Source: Spirochaetia bacterium (GTDB lineage Bacteria; Spirochaetota; Spirochaetia; CADAEX01). From it: DNA of 64,000 nt. The position numbers and the translations under genes are program-made. This document shows, piece by piece, positions 49,086-58,577 of the stretch (positions are counted from its first letter, which is position 1; each line of letters opens with the position of its first letter). The notes under the pieces were generated by a model. That model saw only the letters and a list, made by a program, of their open reading frames with translations. It was not told the DNA's origin and did not search any database. Location: NCBI GenBank assembly GCA_017642445.1, contig JAGCPA010000089.1, positions 368 through 64,367 of the forward strand, written 5' to 3'.

Positions 49086-50693
49086 TTATTTTTTTAACAT
49101 CTTCTCGCTTTTTGCCACAGTCAGGACTGCTATCAGAACGCCGAATACCCCACCTGGTGTTCCAAGCATATCAATAATCGGATCGATTCCCACTATAAGC
49201 CCCAGGGCCTCAATTGGGCAACCTGCCATTGTCAACAGCGATGACAGCAGGATAATACCCACCCCCGGTATTCCAGGCATAGCTATTACAAGAATAACTG
49301 TAGACAGTACCAGCGAAATAATCTTCAGGAACGGCATAGCAATACCATAAATGTTTGCTATTGAGCAGACAACAATCACTATATAAAGGCACAAAGTGCT
49401 TTTAAAAATAGTCATTCCTATCGGGATAGAGAACTTATACATTTTGGGGGATACACCCAGATTCTCAGCAGCCTGCATGGCATCCGGCATAGAGGCTATA
49501 CTTGAAGCGGTTGTAAAGCTGGTCAACAGCATCTGCATCGATTTTTTAAGCACCATAAAAGGATTAAACCCAAGGAAAACAGTAATAAGACTATAAAGCA
49601 GGAAAAGCAGCAGATTGGCAATAATAGCAGTATAGAAAATTCCCAGGACAGAAAGCAGCACCTTGGATCCTGTCATAATCAGCATAGATGAAACAGAACA
49701 GAAGACAAACAGCGGAAGAAGATGTATGAAGAATCCGATAATCTTCATAAAAAGCCTGTTGACTTCATCAAAGATTGAAGAGACAATTTTTATCCTGCAG
49801 GCTCCACATGCCACTCCGATCAGAATTGCCAGAGCTATCAGCTGAATCATATTCCCTTCTGCAAAGGGTCTGATGATATTGTTCGGCACCACATCAACAA
49901 GAACATTCCTTATTGACAGCAGATTGCCCTGAACTGCATCGGAGCTCAAAGCGGCAGTCAGATGTATTCCGACTCCTGTTTTGAACAGCTTAACCACCAA
50001 GTACCCTAAGAATGAAGCAAAGACCATCAGAACAGAAAAAACAGCAAACAGCTTGAAAACAATCCTCTTTATTCCGGACAAACTGTCTGTCTGAGTAAAG
50101 CAGGTGACAATAGAAAAGAAGACAACCGGTACTGCACACAGCTTAAGACCGTTCATGAATATTGTGCTGAAAGACTGGAAAATGTTCTCATTGACAAAGC
50201 TGCAGAACTGTTCCGGCAGCAGATATTTCATGACAGTCCCGGTAACAATTGCAAGGATCATTGCTGTCAATATTAAATACAGATTGAAATACTGGGAGCG
50301 GAAAGCCTGGATCCGGACAGTATTATAATCACCTGAATGCCGGAAGCTTATCTTGTCGCCAAGGGATCGTAAAATAATGCTCTGTATGGCCTCTGCTGTC
50401 TCATCATCGTTCTCTATATCATCAAAATCAGGCTTGGGCAAAAATTCAAAATCATTTCCAGGAACCCGCATATCTATGCTGACATTGCCTAAAAATTTAA
50501 TAATGTTGAGGGAAATATTTTTTTTCTTGGAAAAATCACCATGCTCGATCAGCCGCATCAGCACTTCTTCGCATGTCAGCTCTGCACGCAGTCTCTCTTT
50601 TGAATCAAGCTTAAAATCTTTAAGAGTCTGACGGTTAAAATCCAGAATCTCCTGAATTGTCTCTTGGCCTTTCATATCAAATCTTTTCTGCAT
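49086..50693 (-). CDS. Dicarboxylate/amino-acid:cation symporter (SDF family) with an extra N-terminal cytoplasmic domain of about 130 aa.
   Basis: The C-terminal 400 aa have SDF topology. The N-terminal domain has no TM segments. The gene is AT-rich. Confidence 0.7.
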   Translation of the reverse strand: MQKRFDMKGQETIQEILDFNRQTLKDFKLDSKERLRAELTCEEVLMRLIEHGDFSKKKNISLNIIKFLGNVSIDMRVPGNDFEFLPKPDFDDIENDDETAEAIQSIILRSLGDKISFRHSGDYNTVRIQAFRSQYFNLYLILTAMILAIVTGTVMKYLLPEQFCSFVNENIFQSFSTIFMNGLKLCAVPVVFFSIVTCFTQTDSLSGIKRIVFKLFAVFSVLMVFASFLGYLVVKLFKTGVGIHLTAALSSDAVQGNLLSIRNVLVDVVPNNIIRPFAEGNMIQLIALAILIGVACGACRIKIVSSIFDEVNRLFMKIIGFFIHLLPLFVFCSVSSMLIMTGSKVLLSVLGIFYTAIIANLLLFLLYSLITVFLGFNPFMVLKKSMQMLLTSFTTASSIASMPDAMQAAENLGVSPKMYKFSIPIGMTIFKSTLCLYIVIVVCSIANIYGIAMPFLKIISLVLSTVILVIAMPGIPGVGIILLSSLLTMAGCPIEALGLIVGIDPIIDMLGTPGGVFGVLIAVLTVAKSEKMLKK

Positions 50694-50750
50694 TCCGTTG
50701 TCCCTTCTCTGCCCTTGATTATTGCAAGTTTCTTCTATAAAATCAACAGT

Positions 50751-51386
50751 ATGAAAGATGTGACAAAGGATGCTTCCGGATTTGTCCTGCTATCTGACTA
50801 TGTGCCAGACATCATACAGGAGATCCGCTATTACTCCACATACAACTTCATCGGTGACAGAATAGACGGCTACGAGGAGCCCTGTGCATTCCTTACCCGG
50901 GAGGCTGCCCGGGCACTCAAGGCTGTGAGCAAGGAGATGATGGTGTCTGGATACCGGCTCAAAGTGTTCGATGCTTACCGCCCTGCCACTGCAGTCAAGC
51001 ATTTTATGCTGTGGGGCCTGGAGGACCAGGATATAAGGATGAAGCAGATCTTTTACCCAGACCTTCAGAAGCAGGAGCTTTTCGAGAAAGGCTATATAGC
51101 AACTCAATCCAGCCACAGCCGTGGAAGCGCTGTGGATCTGACCCTGCTGGACATGAGCACCGGGAAGGAGCTGGACATGGGCAGCCCCTTCGATTTCTTC
51201 GGGCCTATCTCCCACCCCGATTACACCGGGATAACCGAGGAGCAGTTTGCCAACAGGATGTTCCTTCAGAAGTGCATGATAAGAAACGGGTTCAAGCCTC
51301 TGGACTGCGAATGGTGGCACTTCATGCTTGCCGACGAACCCTACCCCGACACCTACTTCACATTCCCCGTGGCTTATGACATATGA
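50751..51386 (+). CDS. Zinc D-Ala-D-Ala dipeptidase (VanX/DdpX family).
   Basis: SHSRGSAVDLTL and CEWWHF motifs. The start is set at MKDVTKD (50751). Confidence 0.8.
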   Translation: MKDVTKDASGFVLLSDYVPDIIQEIRYYSTYNFIGDRIDGYEEPCAFLTREAARALKAVSKEMMVSGYRLKVFDAYRPATAVKHFMLWGLEDQDIRMKQIFYPDLQKQELFEKGYIATQSSHSRGSAVDLTLLDMSTGKELDMGSPFDFFGPISHPDYTGITEEQFANRMFLQKCMIRNGFKPLDCEWWHFMLADEPYPDTYFTFPVAYDI

Positions 51387-52267
51387 AAACTGAAAAAAAT
51401 ATACTCATAGCATTTATATTGAACCTGTCGTTCTCAATCTTTGAATTCTTCGGTGGACTTTTTGTAAATTCAGTAGCTATACTTTCTGACTCCCTCCATG
51501 ACCTGGGGGATGCTCTCTCCATCGGCATCTCCTACTTTCTTGAGAAGAAAAGCAGGAAGAAGGCTGATGAGAAATATACTTACGGCTATATCCGTTATTC
51601 TGTGCTTGGCGGTGTCATCACAACGGCCATACTGCTGGCAGGCTCTGTGCTAGTAATCATAGGATCAGTAAGAAGGATTATCAATCCGGTGGAAATAAAC
51701 TACAGCGGTATGATCATCTTTGCCATCATCGGGGTGGTGCTTAACTTTATTGCAGCTTATGTCACCAGAGAGGGAGAATCCATCAACCAGAAGGCAGTAA
51801 ACCTTCATATGCTGGAGGATGTACTGGGCTGGATTGTTGTTCTTGTCGGGGCAATCATCATGAATTTCACTGACATCAGGATGATAGATCCTCTCATGAG
51901 CATCGGAGTGGCTCTCTTCATTTTAATTCATGCGCTCAAGAATCTAAAGGCGGTGCTGGATCTGTTCATGGAGAAAGCTCCCGGCGACATCAATATCAGG
52001 GAACTCAAAGAGCATTTATTAAAAATAGAAGGAGTTGAGGATATTCATCATATCCATATATGGAGCATCGATGGCTACAACAACTATGCCACCATGCATA
52101 TCGTGACAAAAGTGGCTGACATCCAGGGGATAAAGCACCTGATCAGAGAGGAGCTATGTGAGCACAGCATCTGCCACGCAGTGCTGGAGACCGAACCCGA
52201 GATCTGCCAGGACCAGGAATGTCATATAGAGCCCTTTCATTCAGAGCATCATCACCATCATCACTGA
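51383..52267 (+). CDS. Cation diffusion facilitator transporter with a His-rich C-terminus.
   Basis: Six TM segments and a HD/DD metal site (LSDSLHDLGD). It ends HSEHHHHHH. Confidence 0.85.
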   Translation: MKTEKNILIAFILNLSFSIFEFFGGLFVNSVAILSDSLHDLGDALSIGISYFLEKKSRKKADEKYTYGYIRYSVLGGVITTAILLAGSVLVIIGSVRRIINPVEINYSGMIIFAIIGVVLNFIAAYVTREGESINQKAVNLHMLEDVLGWIVVLVGAIIMNFTDIRMIDPLMSIGVALFILIHALKNLKAVLDLFMEKAPGDINIRELKEHLLKIEGVEDIHHIHIWSIDGYNNYATMHIVTKVADIQGIKHLIREELCEHSICHAVLETEPEICQDQECHIEPFHSEHHHHHH

Positions 52268-52319
52268 AAACATATGATAAAGATTTGCTTAATGCATTTT
52301 GAGATGGTATAATTAAAAT

Positions 52320-52814
52320 ATGAGACGGCTTTTCCTTCTATTATTGTTACCACTGCTCCTCTTTACCGGCTGTAAACAGAAACAGGTGGAGATGCCCAAT
52401 CCGGTTGTGGAATCCTCTTTCGAGGAGATACAGCAGAAGCTGGGAATAACATTCGGAATCCCAAAGGATGCGGAGAACATCTACTATTCAATCATCGCAG
52501 GGAATCTGGCGCAGGTGGATTTTATCTGGCAGGGAGCTGACTGCACCGCCCGGATAAAGCCCAGCACATCAACAGAGCTTGAGGATATTTCAGGCTTCTA
52601 TTTTGAATGGGACAAAGAGGTGGAGCTGCCTGTTGGCTACAACTCTGCAACAGCCCGCTGGTTCGAGTCTGATGGCGAGACTACAGGAATCGTCATCTGG
52701 CAGGATATTGTGCCGGGCCTCACCTACTCTGTGAGCATGAAGCAGAACGCAACACTCGAGAACCTATTCATCCTGGCCAACGCAGTGTTCATTCCGCTCC
52801 AGGGCGACAGCTGA
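52320..52814 (+). CDS. Hypothetical lipoprotein.
   Basis: Lipobox LLFTGC after a signal peptide. Confidence 0.5.
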   Translation: MRRLFLLLLLPLLLFTGCKQKQVEMPNPVVESSFEEIQQKLGITFGIPKDAENIYYSIIAGNLAQVDFIWQGADCTARIKPSTSTELEDISGFYFEWDKEVELPVGYNSATARWFESDGETTGIVIWQDIVPGLTYSVSMKQNATLENLFILANAVFIPLQGDS

Positions 52815-52818
52815 AAAA

Positions 52819-54426
52819 TCACAACGTATTCTCAGACAGATACTGCTTCAATTCCTCGATAAGCTTGTCGCCATCCAGATTGTAGAACAGCTTCTCAAAG
52901 CATCCTGTTATCATAGGATTCAGGTCCAGGCCGAACTCCACCGACCTGGCATCGGTCTTGAAGCCATAGCATCTCTTGCCGTTGGCATAGCCGATGCCCA
53001 GCTCCACGCAGGCTCCCTCATCAGGTACCCTGCCATCAAGCATTATAAATATAATATCTGCCTTCAGCACCTCTTCCAAATCCTTCTGGAAGATCTTGTT
53101 CATGGCCTCTTCCTGAGTCATCCCCTGTATTTCCGGGGCCAGATAACCGTCGCGCTGGGGCAGGAAAACCCCGTAGCCATAGCTTTCCAGAATATTTGTT
53201 ATCTTAAGGTTGTAGTCCTTCTCGCTCTGGTTGAACAGCGGTGCCGCAAAATACACCTTATTGCCGGTCTTGACTGAGGCTGCCGCCTGAGCAGGCTTTT
53301 CTCCATCATCAGCTTCAAGAACCTTTGTTATAGCTGGAATGAAGACTGCCTTTCTGGAGGCATAAGGTTTGATTATGAAGGATTTGCCGTCAAAATGAGC
53401 CTTGTCTCCAAAGGCAGCCTTAAGCACTTTTTCTTCCTCTTCGCCAGCTGGCACCAGATAGGTCACTGAAATATCATCATGCAGGACACTGACCATGGAA
53501 AAACACATATCCATCCCTTTGTCAGGCTTGATCAAAGGCATCACTGCATGCATGCGCAAAGCCAGATCTTTCGCTGTCTCCTCATCAAATGCATTCACAT
53601 TGCCTACAGCAACATTTCTGCCCCCGATGAAATACTCCTTGTAATCTGAAAGGAAGATCTCCTCGTCCACCTTCCCCTCATAAGAAAGGAGTGCGCTGAA
53701 CATCCCTTGGTAGAAAGCCCCGGGATCCGAAATGCCACCCAGCCGGCTGAGCTCCTTCACTGCCTCCCGGTCTGCAAATGTTGTGGTGTCTGACTTAAGG
53801 TTCTTGGTATCGGACAGAATCGATCCCAGCATCATGACCGCACTCTGCCTGTCAGGCTCTATGCCATAGTTTCTATACCGCAGCCAGACTATTGTGGCGG
53901 CAGAACCCAGGGGACGGGCATCGAAGATAAGCGGATTGGCTGTCATGACAGATCCAGCCCCGTGATGATCAATGATGCTTATGATATTTGCATTCTTAAG
54001 GCCATCAGCCGACTGGGTGTGCTCGCTGTGATCCACCAGAACCATATTAAGGCCTGAAGCATCCTTCAGCAGCTTGGGCGGCTCAAGCCCGGCCACCTCC
54101 AGGATATAGGCGCTCTCGTTATTCACAGGCCCCAGGACAACCGGCTCCGCATCGTAGCCCAGCTTATTAAGCAATGCGGCATATGCGATGGAGCTGCCGA
54201 CAGTATCCGAATCGGGGCTCTTATGCCCTGTGACATAGATCTTCCCCTCAATATTACCCAAGCCCTCAAGATCGCTCCGGTTCAGGAGAATACTGAGGTT
54301 TTTCTCATTCTTATAATATGAATCTTCCTTAGATTTTCCAACATAGAATCCTGTAGAACCCACTGCGGCGAGCAGGATGACAATACATCCAAGTGTTATC
54401 CAACGCTTTTTTTCAGGCATTTTCAA
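52819..54426 (-). CDS. Membrane-anchored DHH/DHHA2 phosphoesterase (family II pyrophosphatase-like) fused to a nucleoside 2-deoxyribosyltransferase-like domain.
   Basis: N-terminal TM anchor. DHH motifs HKSPDSDTVGS and IIDHHG. C-terminal VYFAAPLFNQSE...DEGACVELGIGYANGK resembles the NDT/DNPH1 fold. Confidence 0.65.
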   Translation of the reverse strand: MKMPEKKRWITLGCIVILLAAVGSTGFYVGKSKEDSYYKNEKNLSILLNRSDLEGLGNIEGKIYVTGHKSPDSDTVGSSIAYAALLNKLGYDAEPVVLGPVNNESAYILEVAGLEPPKLLKDASGLNMVLVDHSEHTQSADGLKNANIISIIDHHGAGSVMTANPLIFDARPLGSAATIVWLRYRNYGIEPDRQSAVMMLGSILSDTKNLKSDTTTFADREAVKELSRLGGISDPGAFYQGMFSALLSYEGKVDEEIFLSDYKEYFIGGRNVAVGNVNAFDEETAKDLALRMHAVMPLIKPDKGMDMCFSMVSVLHDDISVTYLVPAGEEEEKVLKAAFGDKAHFDGKSFIIKPYASRKAVFIPAITKVLEADDGEKPAQAAASVKTGNKVYFAAPLFNQSEKDYNLKITNILESYGYGVFLPQRDGYLAPEIQGMTQEEAMNKIFQKDLEEVLKADIIFIMLDGRVPDEGACVELGIGYANGKRCYGFKTDARSVEFGLDLNPMITGCFEKLFYNLDGDKLIEELKQYLSENTL

Positions 54427-54709
54427 CCCCGTACCGGCTGATCACGGTATCAACCACATATTTTTTCTTAAGATCACCTAAAGCCTTGAAATGCTCTGTT
54501 TCCCAATGCTGCTTAAGCACCTCTTCGGATGCCCACAGCTCAATGAGCAGAAGTTCATTCTTGTTGTCAGGGCTGTAGAAGTAATCGTATTTCTCGTTTC
54601 CTTTCTCCGCCCTGGATGCTGCGGCAACACCGCTTTCCATAATTGCGCGGTAGAATTCGTCCCGCTTCCCATCCTTAAGATAATAATGAACCTCGATAAA
54701 CTGCTTCAT
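54413..54709 (-). CDS. Antibiotic-biosynthesis-monooxygenase (ABM) domain protein.
   Basis: 98 aa ferredoxin-like ABM pattern. Confidence 0.65.
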   Translation of the reverse strand: MKQFIEVHYYLKDGKRDEFYRAIMESGVAAASRAEKGNEKYDYFYSPDNKNELLLIELWASEEVLKQHWETEHFKALGDLKKKYVVDTVISRYGVENA

Positions 54710-54759
54710 GGTGAGTCTCCTCTTTCAATCATCTTACAACTTAAATTAGTTATTGCTTT

Positions 54760-55008
54760 TTAAAAAGGTCTGGCGAAAGGACAGTTACTCCAGCATGGTC
54801 CCTGTGAGCCGCCGGCAACTTTTTCCAGATCCTTGCTGTCCATTTCCAAATTAGCCATCTCGGCAAGATATGCTTCTGCCTCTTCTTTGGTTATCTCATA
54901 GCCCTCTGCTTTTGCCAGTGCAATCAGTTCATCTGCTGTCTTGCACTCCAGTGCCTTCTCCAGCTGCTGTTTTGTAAGTTTGCTTCTATCGATTTCTGCC
55001 ATAATCAT
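54760..55008 (-). CDS. Nif11-type leader peptide precursor with a double-glycine site (candidate RiPP precursor).
   Basis: Leader LTKQQLEKALECKTADELIALAKAEGYEITKEEAEAYLAEM, then ...LEKVAGG, followed by the core SQGPCWSNCPFARPF. Confidence 0.5.
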   Translation of the reverse strand: MIMAEIDRSKLTKQQLEKALECKTADELIALAKAEGYEITKEEAEAYLAEMANLEMDSKDLEKVAGGSQGPCWSNCPFARPF

Positions 55009-55126
55009 CCTCTAAATTTCAGTATAATATGAGCTTTTTTCTACCGTCAAGTTAAAAAAAATAATTGAAAAAACCAACAATATATAGTAAAATTTTTTTG
55101 TTTTTATTTTTTTTATGGGGGATTTT

Positions 55127-56083
55127 ATGAAAAGAATCATTACTGTGACTCTTATTCTGACACTTGCTCTGCTCTGTCTTGCAGGATGCAAGTCAAACGA
55201 GAAGAAGGATTACATCCTGGCAACAGGCGGTACATCCGGAACCTACTATCCATTCGGTGGCGCTATTGCCAACATCTGGAACACAAAAGTAGCAAACATG
55301 AACGTCACTGCACAGGCAACCGGTGCATCTGCAGAGAACCTGCGGCTTATCAACAAGGGCGACGCTGAGTTCGCAATTGTACAGAACGACGTAATGGACT
55401 ACGCATACAACGGAACAGACCTGTTCGCAGGCGAGAAACTGGCTAACATCCAGACTATCGGAACTCTCTATCCAGAAGTTGTTCAGATCGCTGTATCCAA
55501 GACAAGCGGCATCCAGTCCATAACAGCTATGGGTGGAAAGAGAATATCTGTAGGTGATGCAGGTTCCGGCGTAGAGTTCAATGCAAAACAGATTCTTGAG
55601 GGCTATGGAATCACATTCGCCGACATCAAGAAGAACAACCTTTCATTCAAGGAATCTTCAGACGGTATCCAGAACGGAACCCTCGATGGCTGCTTCATCA
55701 CAGCAGGAGTTCCAAACGCAGCACTTCAGGAGCTTGCATTCACAGCAGGACTCCAGCTTGTTCCTGTTTCCGGAGCTGAGGCCGAGAAGATCATGGCTAA
55801 ATATAACTACTACACACTCACCACAATCCCTGGCGGAACCTATAAAGGAACTGACAAGGACACATCAGCACTTGCAATCAAGGCAACTCTGGCTGTAAAC
55901 GCAAAGCTTGACACCGACACAGTTTACGAGATGACAAAGGCTCTCTTCTCCAACCTTCCTGAGCTGGCTACAGCACATGCAAAGGGCAAGGAAGTTTCTG
56001 CCGAGAAAGCAGTCACCGGTGTTTCTGTTCCATTCCATCCAGGTGCTGTAAAGTACTTCAAGGAATTAGGACTGATGAAATAA
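55127..56083 (+). CDS. TRAP transporter solute receptor, TAXI family.
   Basis: Lipoprotein signal (LAGC) and the ATGGTSGTYYPFGGAIA motif. GGGGGA RBS. Confidence 0.85.
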   Translation: MKRIITVTLILTLALLCLAGCKSNEKKDYILATGGTSGTYYPFGGAIANIWNTKVANMNVTAQATGASAENLRLINKGDAEFAIVQNDVMDYAYNGTDLFAGEKLANIQTIGTLYPEVVQIAVSKTSGIQSITAMGGKRISVGDAGSGVEFNAKQILEGYGITFADIKKNNLSFKESSDGIQNGTLDGCFITAGVPNAALQELAFTAGLQLVPVSGAEAEKIMAKYNYYTLTTIPGGTYKGTDKDTSALAIKATLAVNAKLDTDTVYEMTKALFSNLPELATAHAKGKEVSAEKAVTGVSVPFHPGAVKYFKELGLMK

Positions 56084-56089
56084 CATCTG

Positions 56090-56596
56090 ATGAAGAAAAA
56101 AGCTCTGCTTTTTATTTCATTTCTTATTCTGGCGGGGGTTCTTATGCTGATCCCCGCCAAACCTGTTCTTGTGATCTCTGACAGAGAGGACAGCACCAAC
56201 TGCTACTACTCTGCATCAGGGTACAGGAACGGGTTCATCATCTCTTACACACATTCGGTCAACAAGGGACGGGTACACGACTTTTACAGGAATGCAAAGG
56301 ACAATGAGCTTGAGCTTTATCAGACCCAGTTTGTATCCTATGGAGCCGGCATCCCTGAGCCTGAGGAGACCGCAGGAGCAGTCTTTTCTGCAGAAGATAA
56401 CTGCTACACCATAAGCAACCTTCATAGAGTGCTTCCACGGCTGAACATGGCTGTGGGGCTAGTTGCAAACCATTCAATCAATATTGGAAACACTGAGATT
56501 CCCCTTACCGATTTCTTCCCGGCACAGACCGGTATAACCCTGCAGTTCAAGAGGGTGAATCTCGCAGATTATATATGGAGACATTACCATGGCTGA
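56090..56596 (+). CDS. DUF1850 protein, the usual TAXI-TRAP partner.
   Basis: 168 aa with an N-terminal TM segment. It lies between the receptor and permease genes. Confidence 0.7.
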   Translation: MKKKALLFISFLILAGVLMLIPAKPVLVISDREDSTNCYYSASGYRNGFIISYTHSVNKGRVHDFYRNAKDNELELYQTQFVSYGAGIPEPEETAGAVFSAEDNCYTISNLHRVLPRLNMAVGLVANHSINIGNTEIPLTDFFPAQTGITLQFKRVNLADYIWRHYHG

Positions 56597-58577
56597 CGAT
56601 ATGGATAACAAAGTTGACAGCATTCTGCCTACAACAAACGAAGAAGAGATAAAGCAGCTCATGAGGGAGCTGGACCGGGAACAGGCCTACAGGGAACATA
56701 CCTGCTGGCGGCAGTATATTACTGTTGTCATCTCTGTTGTCTTTGTCATGTTCCAGCTGTATGCAACCCTTTCGGGTCATATAACTGCCCAGATCCTGCG
56801 GGCAACTCACCTGTCCTTTGTTCAGCTTCTCGCATTCCTTCTGTTCCCTGCATCAAAGAAAATGCGCAAAGACACCCTCCCTTGGTATGATGTTGTTCTG
56901 GCCCTTATCGGAGCCGCCTGCTGGATGTACATTGTCATCAACTTCGACACCCTGGTGCGCAGATCGGGAATCAACACTGCACTTGACGTTGCAATCGGAA
57001 TAGTCGGTATTATTATCCTGTTCGAAAGCTGCCGCCGTATTGTAGGTCTCCCTATCATGATCATCGCAGGCTGTTTCGTATTCTACGCTTTTGTGGGAAA
57101 ATATCTGCCTGGCTTCATGCACCACCGTGGCTATTCGCTGCAGCGTGTCGTGTGCCACCTGTTCTACAATACAGAGGGAATCATGGGCACACCTATCGGA
57201 GCCTGCTCCACCTTCATATTCCTGTTCATCCTGTTCGGAGCCCTGCTTGAGAAGACCGGCATAGGCCAGTTCTTCATTGATGTGTGCAACTCCATTGCTG
57301 GCGGTGCCAGCGGTGGACCTGCCAAGGTTGCGGTGCTCTCCTCTGCCCTCCTGGGCACAGTCTCCGGCTCTTCTGTATCAAATACAGTAGGTTCCGGTTC
57401 TTTCACTATTCCTATGATGAAACGGCTGGGTTACAAAGGTGAATTTGCCGGAGCAGTAGAAGCATCGGCCTCCACAGGCGGACAGCTTATGCCTCCTATC
57501 ATGGGAGCCGCAGCATTCCTTATGGCCGAAAGCCTTGGAATGCCATATATCACTATTGTCAAGGCTGCAATTATTCCTGCGATCCTCTACTTCACAGGAA
57601 TATTCATCACTGTACACCTGGAGGCCAAGAAGCTGAACCTGAAAGGTCTGCCGAAGGATCAGCTGCCAAAGTTCATGCCTCTTTTCTTAAGCAAAGGCTT
57701 TATGATGCTGCCTCTTCTTGTGATCATATACTTCCTTTGTGCCGGCAAGACTGCTGTGTTTGCCGCACTCATGGGTATTGTCAGCTGCCTAATCATCGGC
57801 TTTGCCGTGTCGCTGATCGACCTGGCAAATGGAAGACGCCCTACCTTCAACGTAAAAGATATTGTGGATGTAATGTGCGCTGCATCCCGTAATATTATTT
57901 CTGTGGCAATTGCCTGCGGTATGGCTGGAATAATAATCGGAATTGTCACCCTTACCGGACTTGGGCTTAAAATGGGAGCAGGACTTGTCACACTGGCCCA
58001 TGGTCAGCTTTTCCTTACCCTGGTATTCACAATGATCGCATCAATCATTTTAGGAATGGGCGCTCCGACAACTGCAAACTACCTTATTACATCAACCATC
58101 ACAGCTGGTGCAATCATTCAGCTTAACGTTCTGCCTCTGGCAGCCCACATGTTCGCATTCTACTTCGGAATTATCGCCGACGTAACACCTCCGGTAGCCC
58201 TGGCTGCCATTGCCGGTGCCGCCATAGCAAAAGCAAAACCGATGAAGACTGCGGTTAACGCCACCAAGCTGGCCATAGGTGCCTTCATCATCCCATACAT
58301 GTTTGTGTTCAACTCGCAGATGCTTATGATAGATGCAAACGCCTTGCAGCTTATCTATATCCTGATCACAGCCCTTATAGGTATGTTCGGAATAAGCGTT
58401 GCACTTGAGGGCTACGGCTTCGGTCTGACCAGCAATATTTTTGAGCGGCTTCTGTTTGCTGCAGGCGGTCTTCTGTGCGTAATCCCAGAGGGTATGACTG
58501 ATATAATCGGCTTAAGCATGCTGGCTGTGCTGTGCGTCTTCCAGATCATACGCCGCAGGTTGAGAAGAAAAGCATGA
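56589..58577 (+). CDS. TRAP transporter fused 4TM/12TM permease (TAXI type).
   Basis: 662 aa polytopic fused DctQ/DctM-like architecture. Confidence 0.85.
   Translation: MADDMDNKVDSILPTTNEEEIKQLMRELDREQAYREHTCWRQYITVVISVVFVMFQLYATLSGHITAQILRATHLSFVQLLAFLLFPASKKMRKDTLPWYDVVLALIGAACWMYIVINFDTLVRRSGINTALDVAIGIVGIIILFESCRRIVGLPIMIIAGCFVFYAFVGKYLPGFMHHRGYSLQRVVCHLFYNTEGIMGTPIGACSTFIFLFILFGALLEKTGIGQFFIDVCNSIAGGASGGPAKVAVLSSALLGTVSGSSVSNTVGSGSFTIPMMKRLGYKGEFAGAVEASASTGGQLMPPIMGAAAFLMAESLGMPYITIVKAAIIPAILYFTGIFITVHLEAKKLNLKGLPKDQLPKFMPLFLSKGFMMLPLLVIIYFLCAGKTAVFAALMGIVSCLIIGFAVSLIDLANGRRPTFNVKDIVDVMCAASRNIISVAIACGMAGIIIGIVTLTGLGLKMGAGLVTLAHGQLFLTLVFTMIASIILGMGAPTTANYLITSTITAGAIIQLNVLPLAAHMFAFYFGIIADVTPPVALAAIAGAAIAKAKPMKTAVNATKLAIGAFIIPYMFVFNSQMLMIDANALQLIYILITALIGMFGISVALEGYGFGLTSNIFERLLFAAGGLLCVIPEGMTDIIGLSMLAVLCVFQIIRRRLRRKA

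Noticed and set aside
52240-52267. A C-terminal HHHHHH run on the CDF transporter that looks like a cloning His6 tag.
   Set aside because: CDF transporters naturally carry His-rich cytoplasmic tails, and the surrounding HSEHHHHHH context sits in native codon usage with no vector sequence.
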